From contig JBGVHJ010000063.1 of assembly GCA_045122255.1 (NCBI GenBank), positions 25,610 to 89,609 of the forward strand: DNA of 64,000 nt. The letters run 5' to 3'. The notes beneath the pieces are model-generated. The model saw only the letters and a program-made list of their open reading frames with translations. It was not told where the DNA came from and searched no databases. Positions 35,754 through 44,160 of this stretch are shown here, in pieces (the stretch's first letter is position 1; each line of letters begins with the position of its first letter). Position numbers and translations under genes: made by a program. Source of the stretch: Eubacteriales bacterium. Lineage in GTDB: Bacteria; Bacillota; Clostridia; Oscillospirales; CAG-272.

Positions 35754-37502
35754 TTATTCTTCGATTACCGATTTTCTTGATAAAATTGAGCTTATGATCT
35801 CGGGCGGGAATTTGAACTTTCTTTCATAGGTCAAAAGACCGTTTTTCTCCTGCTCCACGTCGGTGAGCTGAGTATAGCAATACGCGAAAATGTCTTTGTT
35901 ATCAAGGAGAACGTCGGTAAGCCCCTTGAGACGCTCCAAGAACTCCTCTTCGGTCTTCACGCTTACACCGTAGCCCCAAGCCTTGGTATCCTCTCCGACT
36001 ACCCACTTGATTCCGCCGTACTCGCTGACGAACACGGGCCTTCTTGTATCGTACCAGATACGGTCAGGAGTTTTTCTTTTTATCTGACAGTTAACGATTC
36101 CCTCGCCGATGCGAGAATAATTGTCTCTGAATTTTTCGGGGTCCTGCTCGTAGTCGTGAACGTCGTGAACGTCGCTTCGGCAGGGGTAAGATCCGCTATT
36201 GGTCACGATGGGACGGGTGGGATCGATGGCTCTCGTCACTTCAAATATCATATTGATAAAATCGTTGCTCTGTCTTCTGCCCTCCTTATCCCAGGTCTCG
36301 TTAAAGGGACACCAACCGATGATCGAGGGGTGCGACATATCTCTCTTGACCTCCTCGATCCACTCGGGCAGGAAATGGTAGATGCTCATAGGATCGGTAT
36401 GGTCGAGTCCCCAGTTGCCCGTCTCGTCGAAGACCATATAACCGAGTCTGTCGGCATGATATAGGAATCGGGGCTCAAATACCTTCTGATGAAGTCTCGC
36501 GCCGTTAAATCCAAGCTTCATTGAAGCCTCTATATCAAATATCAACGCCTCGTCTGAGGGCGCGGTATAGATTCCGTCGGGATAGAAGCCCTGATCGAGC
36601 ACAAAGCGACCGAAAACGCGTCTGCCGTTTACGTAAAGTCCTTCTTTCGTAAGTCTCACGTTGCGGAGACCGAAATAGCCCTTCAGGGTATCCTTGATCT
36701 CTCCGTCCTTGACCAACTCAAACACTACGTCATAAAGGTTGCCCTGACCTAAGTCCCAAAGGTGCTCCTCCGAGAGCTTTATCGCAAGAGTGCTTCTTCG
36801 GTCAAGAATTTTCGTCTCGCCAAATCCCACCTCTCTGCCGTCGAAATAAACGGTCGCCTTGAGTATGGCTCCAAGAGCCTGCTCGGTGCTTTCCGCAGAC
36901 AAAATGACTGTGGTATTTGCAACGTCAGCTATCGCCTCGTATCTCTCGATATGCGCGGCATCCACCGCCTCAAGCCATACCGTCTGCCAGATACCCGTGG
37001 TTCTGGTATACATGCAGCCGAAGGATTTCACAGCGGGGCTCTGCTTTCCGCTGACCTGACGAGGTGAGCGTGTGTCGTCCTCGGCATAAACGGTGATATA
37101 GTTACCTTCCTTTTTCAATTCAGGGGTAATATCAAAGCAGAAGGGTGTGTAACCGCCCCTGTGAGTACCGACTCCCCTTCCGTTAACAAAAACCTGAGTT
37201 TTATAATCACAGGCGCCGATATGGAGCAATATTCTCTTGCCCTGCCAAGCCTCGGGGATCTCAATATCACGTCTGTACCACACCGCATTCATAAAATCGG
37301 TATGCGCAACGCCTGAAAGTCGGCTTTCGGGGCAGTAAGGCACGGTTATCTTGCCGTCAAGGCTATCTCTTGTCGCGTAATGCTTTTCAATGCCAACCAA
37401 GACGTTATCTATTTCAAAATCCCACTCACCGTTAAGGCTTATCCAATTTTCTCTCATCGCATCGGGACGTGGATGCTCGAGTCTCAAATTAACATTCTCC
37501 AT
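35754..37502 (-). CDS. Glycoside hydrolase family 2 enzyme (beta-galactosidase/glucuronidase-like)
   Basis: WCPFNETW (acid/base region) and VFVSEYGG (nucleophile region), with a sugar-binding N-terminus. No signal peptide. Confidence 0.8.
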   Translation of the reverse strand: MENVNLRLEHPRPDAMRENWISLNGEWDFEIDNVLVGIEKHYATRDSLDGKITVPYCPESRLSGVAHTDFMNAVWYRRDIEIPEAWQGKRILLHIGACDYKTQVFVNGRGVGTHRGGYTPFCFDITPELKKEGNYITVYAEDDTRSPRQVSGKQSPAVKSFGCMYTRTTGIWQTVWLEAVDAAHIERYEAIADVANTTVILSAESTEQALGAILKATVYFDGREVGFGETKILDRRSTLAIKLSEEHLWDLGQGNLYDVVFELVKDGEIKDTLKGYFGLRNVRLTKEGLYVNGRRVFGRFVLDQGFYPDGIYTAPSDEALIFDIEASMKLGFNGARLHQKVFEPRFLYHADRLGYMVFDETGNWGLDHTDPMSIYHFLPEWIEEVKRDMSHPSIIGWCPFNETWDKEGRRQSNDFINMIFEVTRAIDPTRPIVTNSGSYPCRSDVHDVHDYEQDPEKFRDNYSRIGEGIVNCQIKRKTPDRIWYDTRRPVFVSEYGGIKWVVGEDTKAWGYGVSVKTEEEFLERLKGLTDVLLDNKDIFAYCYTQLTDVEQEKNGLLTYERKFKFPPEIISSILSRKSVIEE

Positions 37503-37613
37503 AAAATCCGCCTTTCTGCGCTCAAGCGCTCTGAGTTAATTAAATTATAACATATTAATATATAAAATACAATATTTTTTTCACTTTATTGCGATATTTT
37601 TTCTTCAAAGCTC

Positions 37614-37642
37614 TTGCAAAAAGGTAAAATTTGTTGTATAAT
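37614..37642 (+). promoter_or_regulatory. rhaA promoter candidate
   Basis: TTGCAA (37614-37619), 17 nt, TATAAT (37637-37642). Confidence 0.5.
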
Positions 37643-37713
37643 ATAATTTGGTATACGATGTATGCCCCTAAAAAGCAAAAAAATTAAAAGTACATAATAC
37701 ACAGGAGGTCATT

Positions 37714-38964
37714 ATGGCAAACGCAAGATACGAGTCCGCTAAGGAAATCTACGCAAGATACGGCATTGATACCGAAGCGGCTATCGCAAAGCTTTCCGAC
37801 GTTCGCATTTGTATGCACTGCTGGCAGGCAGACGACGTAAGAGGTTTCGAGGGTACTGGTACTCTCTCCGGCGGTATTCAGACTACCGGTAACTACCCCG
37901 GCGGCGCTCGCAACCCCGACGAGGTTTTCGCAGACCTTGACAAGGCTCTCTCCCTCATTCCCGGAACCCACAAGATCAACGTTCACGCTAACTACGCTAT
38001 CGCTGAGGATGGCGAGGTTATCGACCGTGACACCATTGAGCCCCGTCACTTCAAGAGATGGGTAGAGTTCGCAAAGGCTCATAACTGCGGTCTCGATTTC
38101 AACCCCACCTTCTTCTCTCACCCCAAGGCAGGCGGTCTTACCCTTTCCAGCCCCGACGATGAGATCAGAGCTTTCTGGGTAAAGCACGGTATCGCTTGTA
38201 TCCGCATCTCCGAGTACTTCGCTCGTGAGACCGGTTATCCCTGCGTAATGAACATCTGGACCGGCGACGGTACAAAGGATATCCCCGGCGACAGAATGGG
38301 TCCCCGTCAGAGATATGCTGACTCCATCGACCAGATCATCGGCTGCGGCTACGACAAGAGCTTGGTTTACGTAACCGTTGAGTCCAAGGTATTCGGTATC
38401 GGTGTTGAGGCTTACACCGTAGGTAGTGCTGAGTTCTCTCTCGCATACGCTATGACCAGAGGTATCACTCCTCTTATGGATAACGGTCACTATCATCCTA
38501 CCGAGGTAGTTTCCGATAAGATCCCCGCGCTTCTCGTCTTCTCCGACAAGATCGCGCTTCACATCACCCGTCCTATCCGTTGGGACTCCGACCACGTTGT
38601 TGCATACGACGATGAGACCCGCGAGATGATGAAGGAGGTCGTTCGTTGCGACGCTCTTGACAGAGTATTCCTCGCAACCGACTACTTCGACGCTTCTATC
38701 AACCGTGTAGCGGCTCTCGTTATCGGTATGAGAAACGTTCAGAAGGCTCTTCTTAACGCTCTTCTTACTCCCAATGCTGAGATCAAGGGCTATCAGGACA
38801 AGGGCGACTTCACCAAGATGCTAATGCTCCAGGAAGAGATCAAGACCCTTCCCATGGGCGACGTATGGAACGAATTCTGCGAAAGAAACGGCGTTTGCGG
38901 CTGCTCTTGCTGGTTCAAGGAGATCGAAAAGTACGAGGCTGAGGTTCTCTCCAAGAGAGTTTAA
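37714..38964 (+). CDS. rhaA: L-rhamnose isomerase
   Basis: 416 aa. The N-terminus ...ICMHCWQADDVRGFE... and overall length are typical of RhaA. Confidence 0.9.
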   Translation: MANARYESAKEIYARYGIDTEAAIAKLSDVRICMHCWQADDVRGFEGTGTLSGGIQTTGNYPGGARNPDEVFADLDKALSLIPGTHKINVHANYAIAEDGEVIDRDTIEPRHFKRWVEFAKAHNCGLDFNPTFFSHPKAGGLTLSSPDDEIRAFWVKHGIACIRISEYFARETGYPCVMNIWTGDGTKDIPGDRMGPRQRYADSIDQIIGCGYDKSLVYVTVESKVFGIGVEAYTVGSAEFSLAYAMTRGITPLMDNGHYHPTEVVSDKIPALLVFSDKIALHITRPIRWDSDHVVAYDDETREMMKEVVRCDALDRVFLATDYFDASINRVAALVIGMRNVQKALLNALLTPNAEIKGYQDKGDFTKMLMLQEEIKTLPMGDVWNEFCERNGVCGCSCWFKEIEKYEAEVLSKRV

Positions 38965-38977
38965 TTCTGAATCACCC

Positions 38978-39028
38978 AAAAAATCGGCTGCCGATGCCCA
39001 ACTTCTCATAAGGAAGTTGGGCAGTTTT
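38978..39028. terminator. rhaA terminator region (two adjacent hairpins, usable from either strand)
   Basis: ATCGG-CTG-CCGAT (38983-38995) is preceded by A6. GCCCAACTTC-TCATAAG-GAAGTTGGGC (38996-39022) is followed by AGTTTTA. Confidence 0.7.
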
Positions 39029-39193
39029 ATTCGCCTGCGGCGAGTTCTATTGCTTCGCAGTGATATTCGTCTTGCGACGAGTGGTATTCGCTACGCGAGT
39101 TTAGGAGGCGAATAAAATATCACTAAAGCCGTAGGCTTTAATATCACTGTTGCGTAAGCGGCAATATCACTCCGACGAAGTCGGAATATAACT
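39027..39193. repeat. Composite motif-hairpin element, copy 2 (opposite orientation to copy 1)
   Basis: cgcc-tgc-ggcg AGTTCTATT gc-ttc-gc AGTGATATT cgtc-ttgc-gacg AGTGGTATT cgc-tac-gcg AGTTTAGGA GGCGAATAA AATATCACT aaagcc-gta-ggcttt AATATCACT gttgcgtaagcggc(aa) (AA)TATCACT ccgac-gaa-gtcgg AATATAACT. Confidence 0.9.
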
Positions 39194-39221
39194 TGACTAA
39201 TTGTCGATTTTGATGTATAAT
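39193..39221 (+). promoter_or_regulatory. Promoter of the four-helix-bundle gene; the -35 abuts the last repeat unit
   Basis: TTGACT (39193-39198), 17 nt, TATAAT (39216-39221). Confidence 0.55.
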
Positions 39222-39239
39222 ATTTGCAGAGGTGATGTT

Positions 39240-39596
39240 ATGTCAAACAGCGTTATGAGAGATAAAGCAAAGGATTTTGCAAAGAATATTGTCTTCCTCT
39301 GCCGTAATATGAAGGCAGAGCATAAAGAAACGGTGCTTATAAATCAACTGCTGCGTTCAGGCACTTCCATTGGTGCGAACATTCACGAAGCACAATATGC
39401 ACAAGGTACAAAAGACTTTATATCTAAACTTGAAATTGCTCAGAAGGAATGCTATGAAACAGAATATTGGCTTGAGCTTTTATTTGAAACCGGTTGTATT
39501 GAAGAATGTATTTACAAGTCTATTCAGAACGATTGCGGAGCAATTCGCAGAATGTTGATTGCTTCCTTGAACACAATTAAATCAAAACAAGAATAG
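39240..39596 (+). CDS. Four-helix-bundle protein (23S rRNA intervening-sequence protein / Avd-like family)
   Basis: MSNSVMRDKAKDFAKNIVFLCRNM...LLRSGTSIGANIHEAQ...YWLELL is the family signature as I recall it. ATG 39240 follows AGAGGTGAT. Confidence 0.75.
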   Translation: MSNSVMRDKAKDFAKNIVFLCRNMKAEHKETVLINQLLRSGTSIGANIHEAQYAQGTKDFISKLEIAQKECYETEYWLELLFETGCIEECIYKSIQNDCGAIRRMLIASLNTIKSKQE

Positions 39597-39683
39597 GGGT
39601 ATGGGCTCTGCCCGAACCTTTGTAATACAAAGGCGAAACTGGCGATAAATATGAAATACTACGAATTGGCGGGATAGTTATTT

Positions 39684-40142
39684 ATGTGTATGATTTGTGA
39701 TAGAATCAAAATGATCAAGCAAGGGACGAACCCTTGGTTTGTCAAGGAATTAGAAACCGGATACGTTGTCATTGGAGATAATCAACATTTTAATGGCTAT
39801 ACATTATTCCTTTGCAAAGAACACAAGACAGAACTCTTTCAATTAGACTATTCTTCAAAAATGAAATTTCTGGAAGAAATGTCCGTTGTTGCCGAAGCCG
39901 TAGCAAAAGCGTTCAACGCTGAGAAAATGAACTATGAGTTATTAGGTAATGGCGATACCCATCTGCATTGGCATTTGTTTCCCAGAGTAAGCGGAGATTT
40001 AGAAGGCTACGGAAACAACGGGAAGGGACCTGTGTGGTGGTATCCAATGGAAAAAATGTACAGTTCGGAGAATCGTCCTGATAAAGAAAGGTTGAATGCC
40101 TTGAAGAGAAATTTGGCAGAAGAATTGGAAAAACTTTTATGA
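39684..40142 (+). CDS. HIT-family (histidine triad) protein
   Basis: The histidine triad is GDTHLHWHLFPR. Confidence 0.8.
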   Translation: MCMICDRIKMIKQGTNPWFVKELETGYVVIGDNQHFNGYTLFLCKEHKTELFQLDYSSKMKFLEEMSVVAEAVAKAFNAEKMNYELLGNGDTHLHWHLFPRVSGDLEGYGNNGKGPVWWYPMEKMYSSENRPDKERLNALKRNLAEELEKLL

Positions 40143-40155
40143 TTATAAATAAACG

Positions 40156-40185
40156 CCCCGACAGATCTTTTGAAATCTGTCGGGG
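40156..40185. terminator. Terminator between the convergent HIT gene and membrane-protein gene
   Basis: CCCCGACAGAT-CTTTTGAA-ATCTGTCGGGG, an 11-bp stem. Confidence 0.7.
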
Positions 40186-40288
40186 TTATCTATTTGTTTC
40201 TGCAGATCAAATTTAAGTCTTATGAGCAAACTTCCTTATGAGAACCAGCATATGACGCCGATTTTTTATATTATAAGGTAGCTTTCGG

Positions 40289-40921
40289 CTATATGCCGAG
40301 AGCTTTTTTCGCTATCTCCGCCAATGGCTCGTACATTTCGATAAATAATGCCCAAAACGGAGCCACATACACCAATGATACCGCAACGTCGATGAGTATT
40401 CCTTTGACCGAGGGCTTTCTGAATCTCAAAAAGATATAGAGCCCTATCAGACACAAAAATACCACGAAGCAGATCACTCCGAAAATAAAGCTTGCGGGAT
40501 GCCTTATGGGATGATTCTTCGGATGATCGAGAAAATAGCAGGTGGCAAACCACATGACGCATGACAGTCCGAGGCCCACGACCGCCGAAATAACGATCGA
40601 CGTGACCGAGCTCTCTACCGTACAGTGCTTCGAGAAGAATCGGTTAAATACCGTTGCTAATATACCGGTCAAGGTAATCAGAATTCCGAATCTGAAAAGC
40701 TGTCCCACCGTATACTCAAGCCTTCTCGTAAGATATTCCGCGGTGGGTCCGCTCGCTCCACCGATTATGCCGACAGATGTGTCCTGCTCGGCAAATCTCA
40801 GCGCCACAACAGCAACAATCGATATGCTTGCAGCAATTATTGCCAATCCCAAAAGGATCACGAGAGCTGAATAGACGATCCACGAGATCCTTCTTGCCGT
40901 CATTCTTTTTTCTTTTTCCAT
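40289..40921 (-). CDS. Multi-pass membrane protein, unknown function
   Basis: About 6 predicted TM helices. Its start ATG shares one base with the stop of the upstream flavodiiron gene (TAATG). Confidence 0.55.
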   Translation of the reverse strand: MEKEKRMTARRISWIVYSALVILLGLAIIAASISIVAVVALRFAEQDTSVGIIGGASGPTAEYLTRRLEYTVGQLFRFGILITLTGILATVFNRFFSKHCTVESSVTSIVISAVVGLGLSCVMWFATCYFLDHPKNHPIRHPASFIFGVICFVVFLCLIGLYIFLRFRKPSVKGILIDVAVSLVYVAPFWALFIEMYEPLAEIAKKALGI

Positions 40922-42711
40922 TAAACTATCTCCTCAAAATCTGCCGCGCCATGCTTGCAGAGGGGACAGATGAAATCCTCCGGAAGCTGATCTCCCTCGT
41001 AAACGTATCCGCAGATCTTGCAGACGTAGCCCTTCTTACCCTCGGTTTCGGGCTGAGGCTTGACGTTTGCGTGATAGTAGGAATACGTCATAGTCTCCTT
41101 ATCGGAAATGACTCTCGCCTCGGTAACCGAGCAGATGAACATTCCGTGAGTATCGAGATCGACGTACTGTTCAACCTTCAGCGACATAAAGGAATTGATA
41201 TATCTCTGGAGGAAGGGCAGACCGTTATCGGAATGCATAGCCTCGAAATCGGCGAACTTATCGACGTTTCTTCCGCTCTGGAATCCGAATCTCTCAAATA
41301 TCGAGAAGGGGGCTTCAACGGTGAGACAGTTGATATTCATAATACCCGTCTGCTTGATAACGTGGTGAGAATAATTAGCCTTATTTATTGTAACCGCGAT
41401 TCTGTTAGGAGAGCTTGTTACCTGAGTAACGGTGTTTACTATAAGACCGTTATCCTTTTTACCGTCGTTTGAGGTCACTACGTAGAGTCCGTAGCCGATC
41501 TTGAAAAGTGCGGTAAGATCGTTCTTGTTTGCTGTGGAATCCTGCTGAGCGAGATAGTCACGGCAGAGCTCCTCGGCAAGAGCATCCAGTTGAGCCGCAC
41601 TTTCCTCGTTCAGCGCGGAAAGGATCTTTACGGTAGACTCGGTATAGGTAAGATTCTTGCTCTTTTCGAGCATTCCCTTCATGACCTTGGTCGCCATAGG
41701 CGCCCAGCTTCCGTTTTCGATAAATGCAACGGTTCTGTTGCTGAAATTACGCTCGGTGAGATGGTTGATGAATTCACGCATAAACGGGAATATCTCAGCG
41801 TTATAGGTAGTAGTGGCAAGGACTATCTTACTGTAACGGAAAGCATCCTCGACAGCCTCTGCCATATCGCATCTTGCGAGATCGTTGACAACGACCTTTG
41901 GGCATCCGTTAGCCTTCAGCTTTTCGGCAAGCTGAAGCACCGCCTTTCGGGTATTTCCGTAAACCGAGGTGTAGGCGATAACTATTCCCTCTTCCTCGGG
42001 CTGATAGCTTGACCAGGTGTTGTAAAGTCCGATATAATAGCCGAGATTTTCGCTCAGCACGGGACCGTGGAGGGGACAGATGGTCTGAATGTCAAGTCCC
42101 GCCGCCTTTTTAAGCAGAGCCTGAACCTGCGCGCCGTACTTACCTACGATGCCGATATAATATCTTCTTGCCTCGCAAGCCCACTCGTCCTCTACGTCAA
42201 GAGCGCCGAATTTACCAAAGCCGTCAGCCGAGAAAAGCACCTTATCACAGCTGTCGTAGGTCACGATGACCTCGGGCCAGTGAACCATGGGAGCGGTCAC
42301 AAAGGTAAGATTGTGCTTACCGAGACAAAGGGTGTCTCCCTCGCCCACAACTATCTGTCTGTCGGAAAAGTCCTTGCCGAAGAAATTCTTCATCATATTG
42401 AATGCCTTCTGCGAGGAAACGATCTTAACGTCGGGATAGGTATTAATAAAGTTGACTATATTGGCGCTATGGTCGGGCTCCATGTGCTGAATGATGAGAT
42501 AATCGGGCTTTCTTTCTCCGAGAGTATTCTGAATATTATCCAACCACTCGTGGGTAAAGCTTGCGTCGACCGTATCCATGATCGCGATCTTTTCATCGAT
42601 TATGGCGTATGAATTATAAGAAATTCCGTCGGGAACGATATACTGTCCCTCGAAAAGATCGATCTTGTGATCGTTAACTCCAATATATTTAATGTCATTT
42701 GTTATAAGCAT
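40921..42711 (-). CDS. Four-domain flavodiiron protein (diiron MBL-like + flavodoxin-like + flavin-reductase-like + rubredoxin)
   Basis: Diiron ligands HMEPDH, a flavodoxin-like middle region, a flavin-reductase-like segment and a C-terminal rubredoxin (CKICGYVY...CPLCKHG). Confidence 0.85.
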   Translation of the reverse strand: MLITNDIKYIGVNDHKIDLFEGQYIVPDGISYNSYAIIDEKIAIMDTVDASFTHEWLDNIQNTLGERKPDYLIIQHMEPDHSANIVNFINTYPDVKIVSSQKAFNMMKNFFGKDFSDRQIVVGEGDTLCLGKHNLTFVTAPMVHWPEVIVTYDSCDKVLFSADGFGKFGALDVEDEWACEARRYYIGIVGKYGAQVQALLKKAAGLDIQTICPLHGPVLSENLGYYIGLYNTWSSYQPEEEGIVIAYTSVYGNTRKAVLQLAEKLKANGCPKVVVNDLARCDMAEAVEDAFRYSKIVLATTTYNAEIFPFMREFINHLTERNFSNRTVAFIENGSWAPMATKVMKGMLEKSKNLTYTESTVKILSALNEESAAQLDALAEELCRDYLAQQDSTANKNDLTALFKIGYGLYVVTSNDGKKDNGLIVNTVTQVTSSPNRIAVTINKANYSHHVIKQTGIMNINCLTVEAPFSIFERFGFQSGRNVDKFADFEAMHSDNGLPFLQRYINSFMSLKVEQYVDLDTHGMFICSVTEARVISDKETMTYSYYHANVKPQPETEGKKGYVCKICGYVYEGDQLPEDFICPLCKHGAADFEEIV

Positions 42712-42777
42712 TTTAGTCTCCTGTCTTTTATGTCTTTACTTTTTATTATATCTATTTTATTATTACATAAATTAAAA

Positions 42778-43425
42778 TTACATCCAGAAAATTACACCTG
42801 CACCGTTTACGACATATGTATCAAACAGATAGATAAGCGCCTCAAACACTTCTTGTATGATCGTATCGCCAAACATCGCTACAACACCTGCGAGCAGGGT
42901 AAGTATCGGCATGAGCGCGGGAGAAAGAACAACTAACAGTTCCGCCACAAAGGAAACGATAAACGCGAATATAAAGCTTACCACAAATATTACAACGTCA
43001 AGTACAAAGGAGAACAAAGACAGTACTGCGAGTCCGACTATAAGGAGCACCGAAACTACCAAAGCAAAGCAAGAGAAAAGCATTGCAAGCTTTCTTTGTG
43101 AGCTGATATTGCCCTTCTTTTTTGCGATCGACGCGAGAACAATACCAACAATTGCCAAAGCGGTTATCGGTATGCAGGTGATCATATGTACGAAGGGCGC
43201 TATGCTGGACAAGCCTATCACAATGTCGATAATGAAAGACATGATAAGGGTGCCGACAAGTCCAAGCACACTGATCGCCGCAAAGGACAGCGAAACAATA
43301 CCCAATATCAGAGATACCAGGGAAAGAACCTTACCGGGGGTTTTTTCTTTTTCATTCAGGGTCACCTCTGCTACTATCTCAACGTTTTCGGTAGCAACGT
43401 TTTCGTTTGTGTTTTCCATTTTCAT
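42778..43425 (-). CDS. Multi-pass membrane protein, unknown function
   Basis: The start is uncertain: GTG 43446, ATG 43425 or ATG 43419. The protein is hydrophobic and repetitive, with helices rich in I, V and L. Confidence 0.45.
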   Translation of the reverse strand: MKMENTNENVATENVEIVAEVTLNEKEKTPGKVLSLVSLILGIVSLSFAAISVLGLVGTLIMSFIIDIVIGLSSIAPFVHMITCIPITALAIVGIVLASIAKKKGNISSQRKLAMLFSCFALVVSVLLIVGLAVLSLFSFVLDVVIFVVSFIFAFIVSFVAELLVVLSPALMPILTLLAGVVAMFGDTIIQEVFEALIYLFDTYVVNGAGVIFWM

Positions 43426-43467
43426 TTTCCTTTCTGTTCTCTTCACGGCAAAGAAGCCATTGAATAA

Positions 43468-44136
43468 TTATATTCTTTTAACGATATCGCTATCGTCTTT
43501 GAATATCGAGTTTTTGGGCACTACTCCTCTTACCGAGGAAAGTGGGTAAACGGAAGAATTTTTGCCTATGACCGTTCCGGGATTCAGAACCGAGCCACAG
43601 CCTATCTCAACGAAGTCGCCGAGCATCGCGCCCACCTTTTTTCTTCCGGTCTCTATCTTCTCTCCGTCGCGGCTCTTGATAACTACAAGGGTCTTGTCGC
43701 TCTTGACGTTACTGGTGACAGATCCCGCGCCCATGTGAGATTTATATCCGAGAATGCTATCGCCTACGTAATTGTAGTGCGGCACCTGCACGTTATCGAA
43801 GAGTATGCAATTTTTCAGCTCCGTAGAATTTCCCACAACGCAATTCTCACCCACAAGAGCACTTCCGCGAATGAATGCACAATGGCGCACCTCGGTATTG
43901 TGTCCGATAATGCAGGGACCCGAGATGCTTGCGGTAGGAGATACGGTTGCCGTCTTTGACACCCATATATCCTCGCCGATTTTATCGTAGAGCGAGCTGT
44001 CGAGGGCATTTCCAAGGCTGATTATAAGCTCCTTGATGCCACCGAGAGCCTCCCACGGGTACGTATAACCCGAAAGATATTTGGCTGCAAGGGTATGGCT
44101 TAAGTCGTAAAGATTTGCAATTTTAGCTGATTCCAT
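43468..44136 (-). CDS. Left-handed beta-helix (hexapeptide-repeat) protein, GlmU C-terminal-like
   Basis: Repeated [LIV]-G-x-x-x-x hexapeptides throughout (IGHNTEV..., VGENCVV..., IGCGSVL...). Confidence 0.6.
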   Translation of the reverse strand: MESAKIANLYDLSHTLAAKYLSGYTYPWEALGGIKELIISLGNALDSSLYDKIGEDIWVSKTATVSPTASISGPCIIGHNTEVRHCAFIRGSALVGENCVVGNSTELKNCILFDNVQVPHYNYVGDSILGYKSHMGAGSVTSNVKSDKTLVVIKSRDGEKIETGRKKVGAMLGDFVEIGCGSVLNPGTVIGKNSSVYPLSSVRGVVPKNSIFKDDSDIVKRI

Positions 44137-44160
44137 ATAATCTCCAAAATAAAATATCTG

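Noticed and set aside
37684-38595. A 303-aa ORF antisense to rhaA
   Set aside because: It is a shadow ORF inside L-rhamnose isomerase. It has no start context and a Gly/Val/Thr-rich nonsense composition.
39240-39596. The four-helix-bundle (Avd-like) gene as a marker of a diversity-generating retroelement acting on the variable hairpins
   Set aside because: There is no reverse transcriptase and no template-repeat/variable-repeat pair with adenine-specific differences in the window. The family is often stand-alone.
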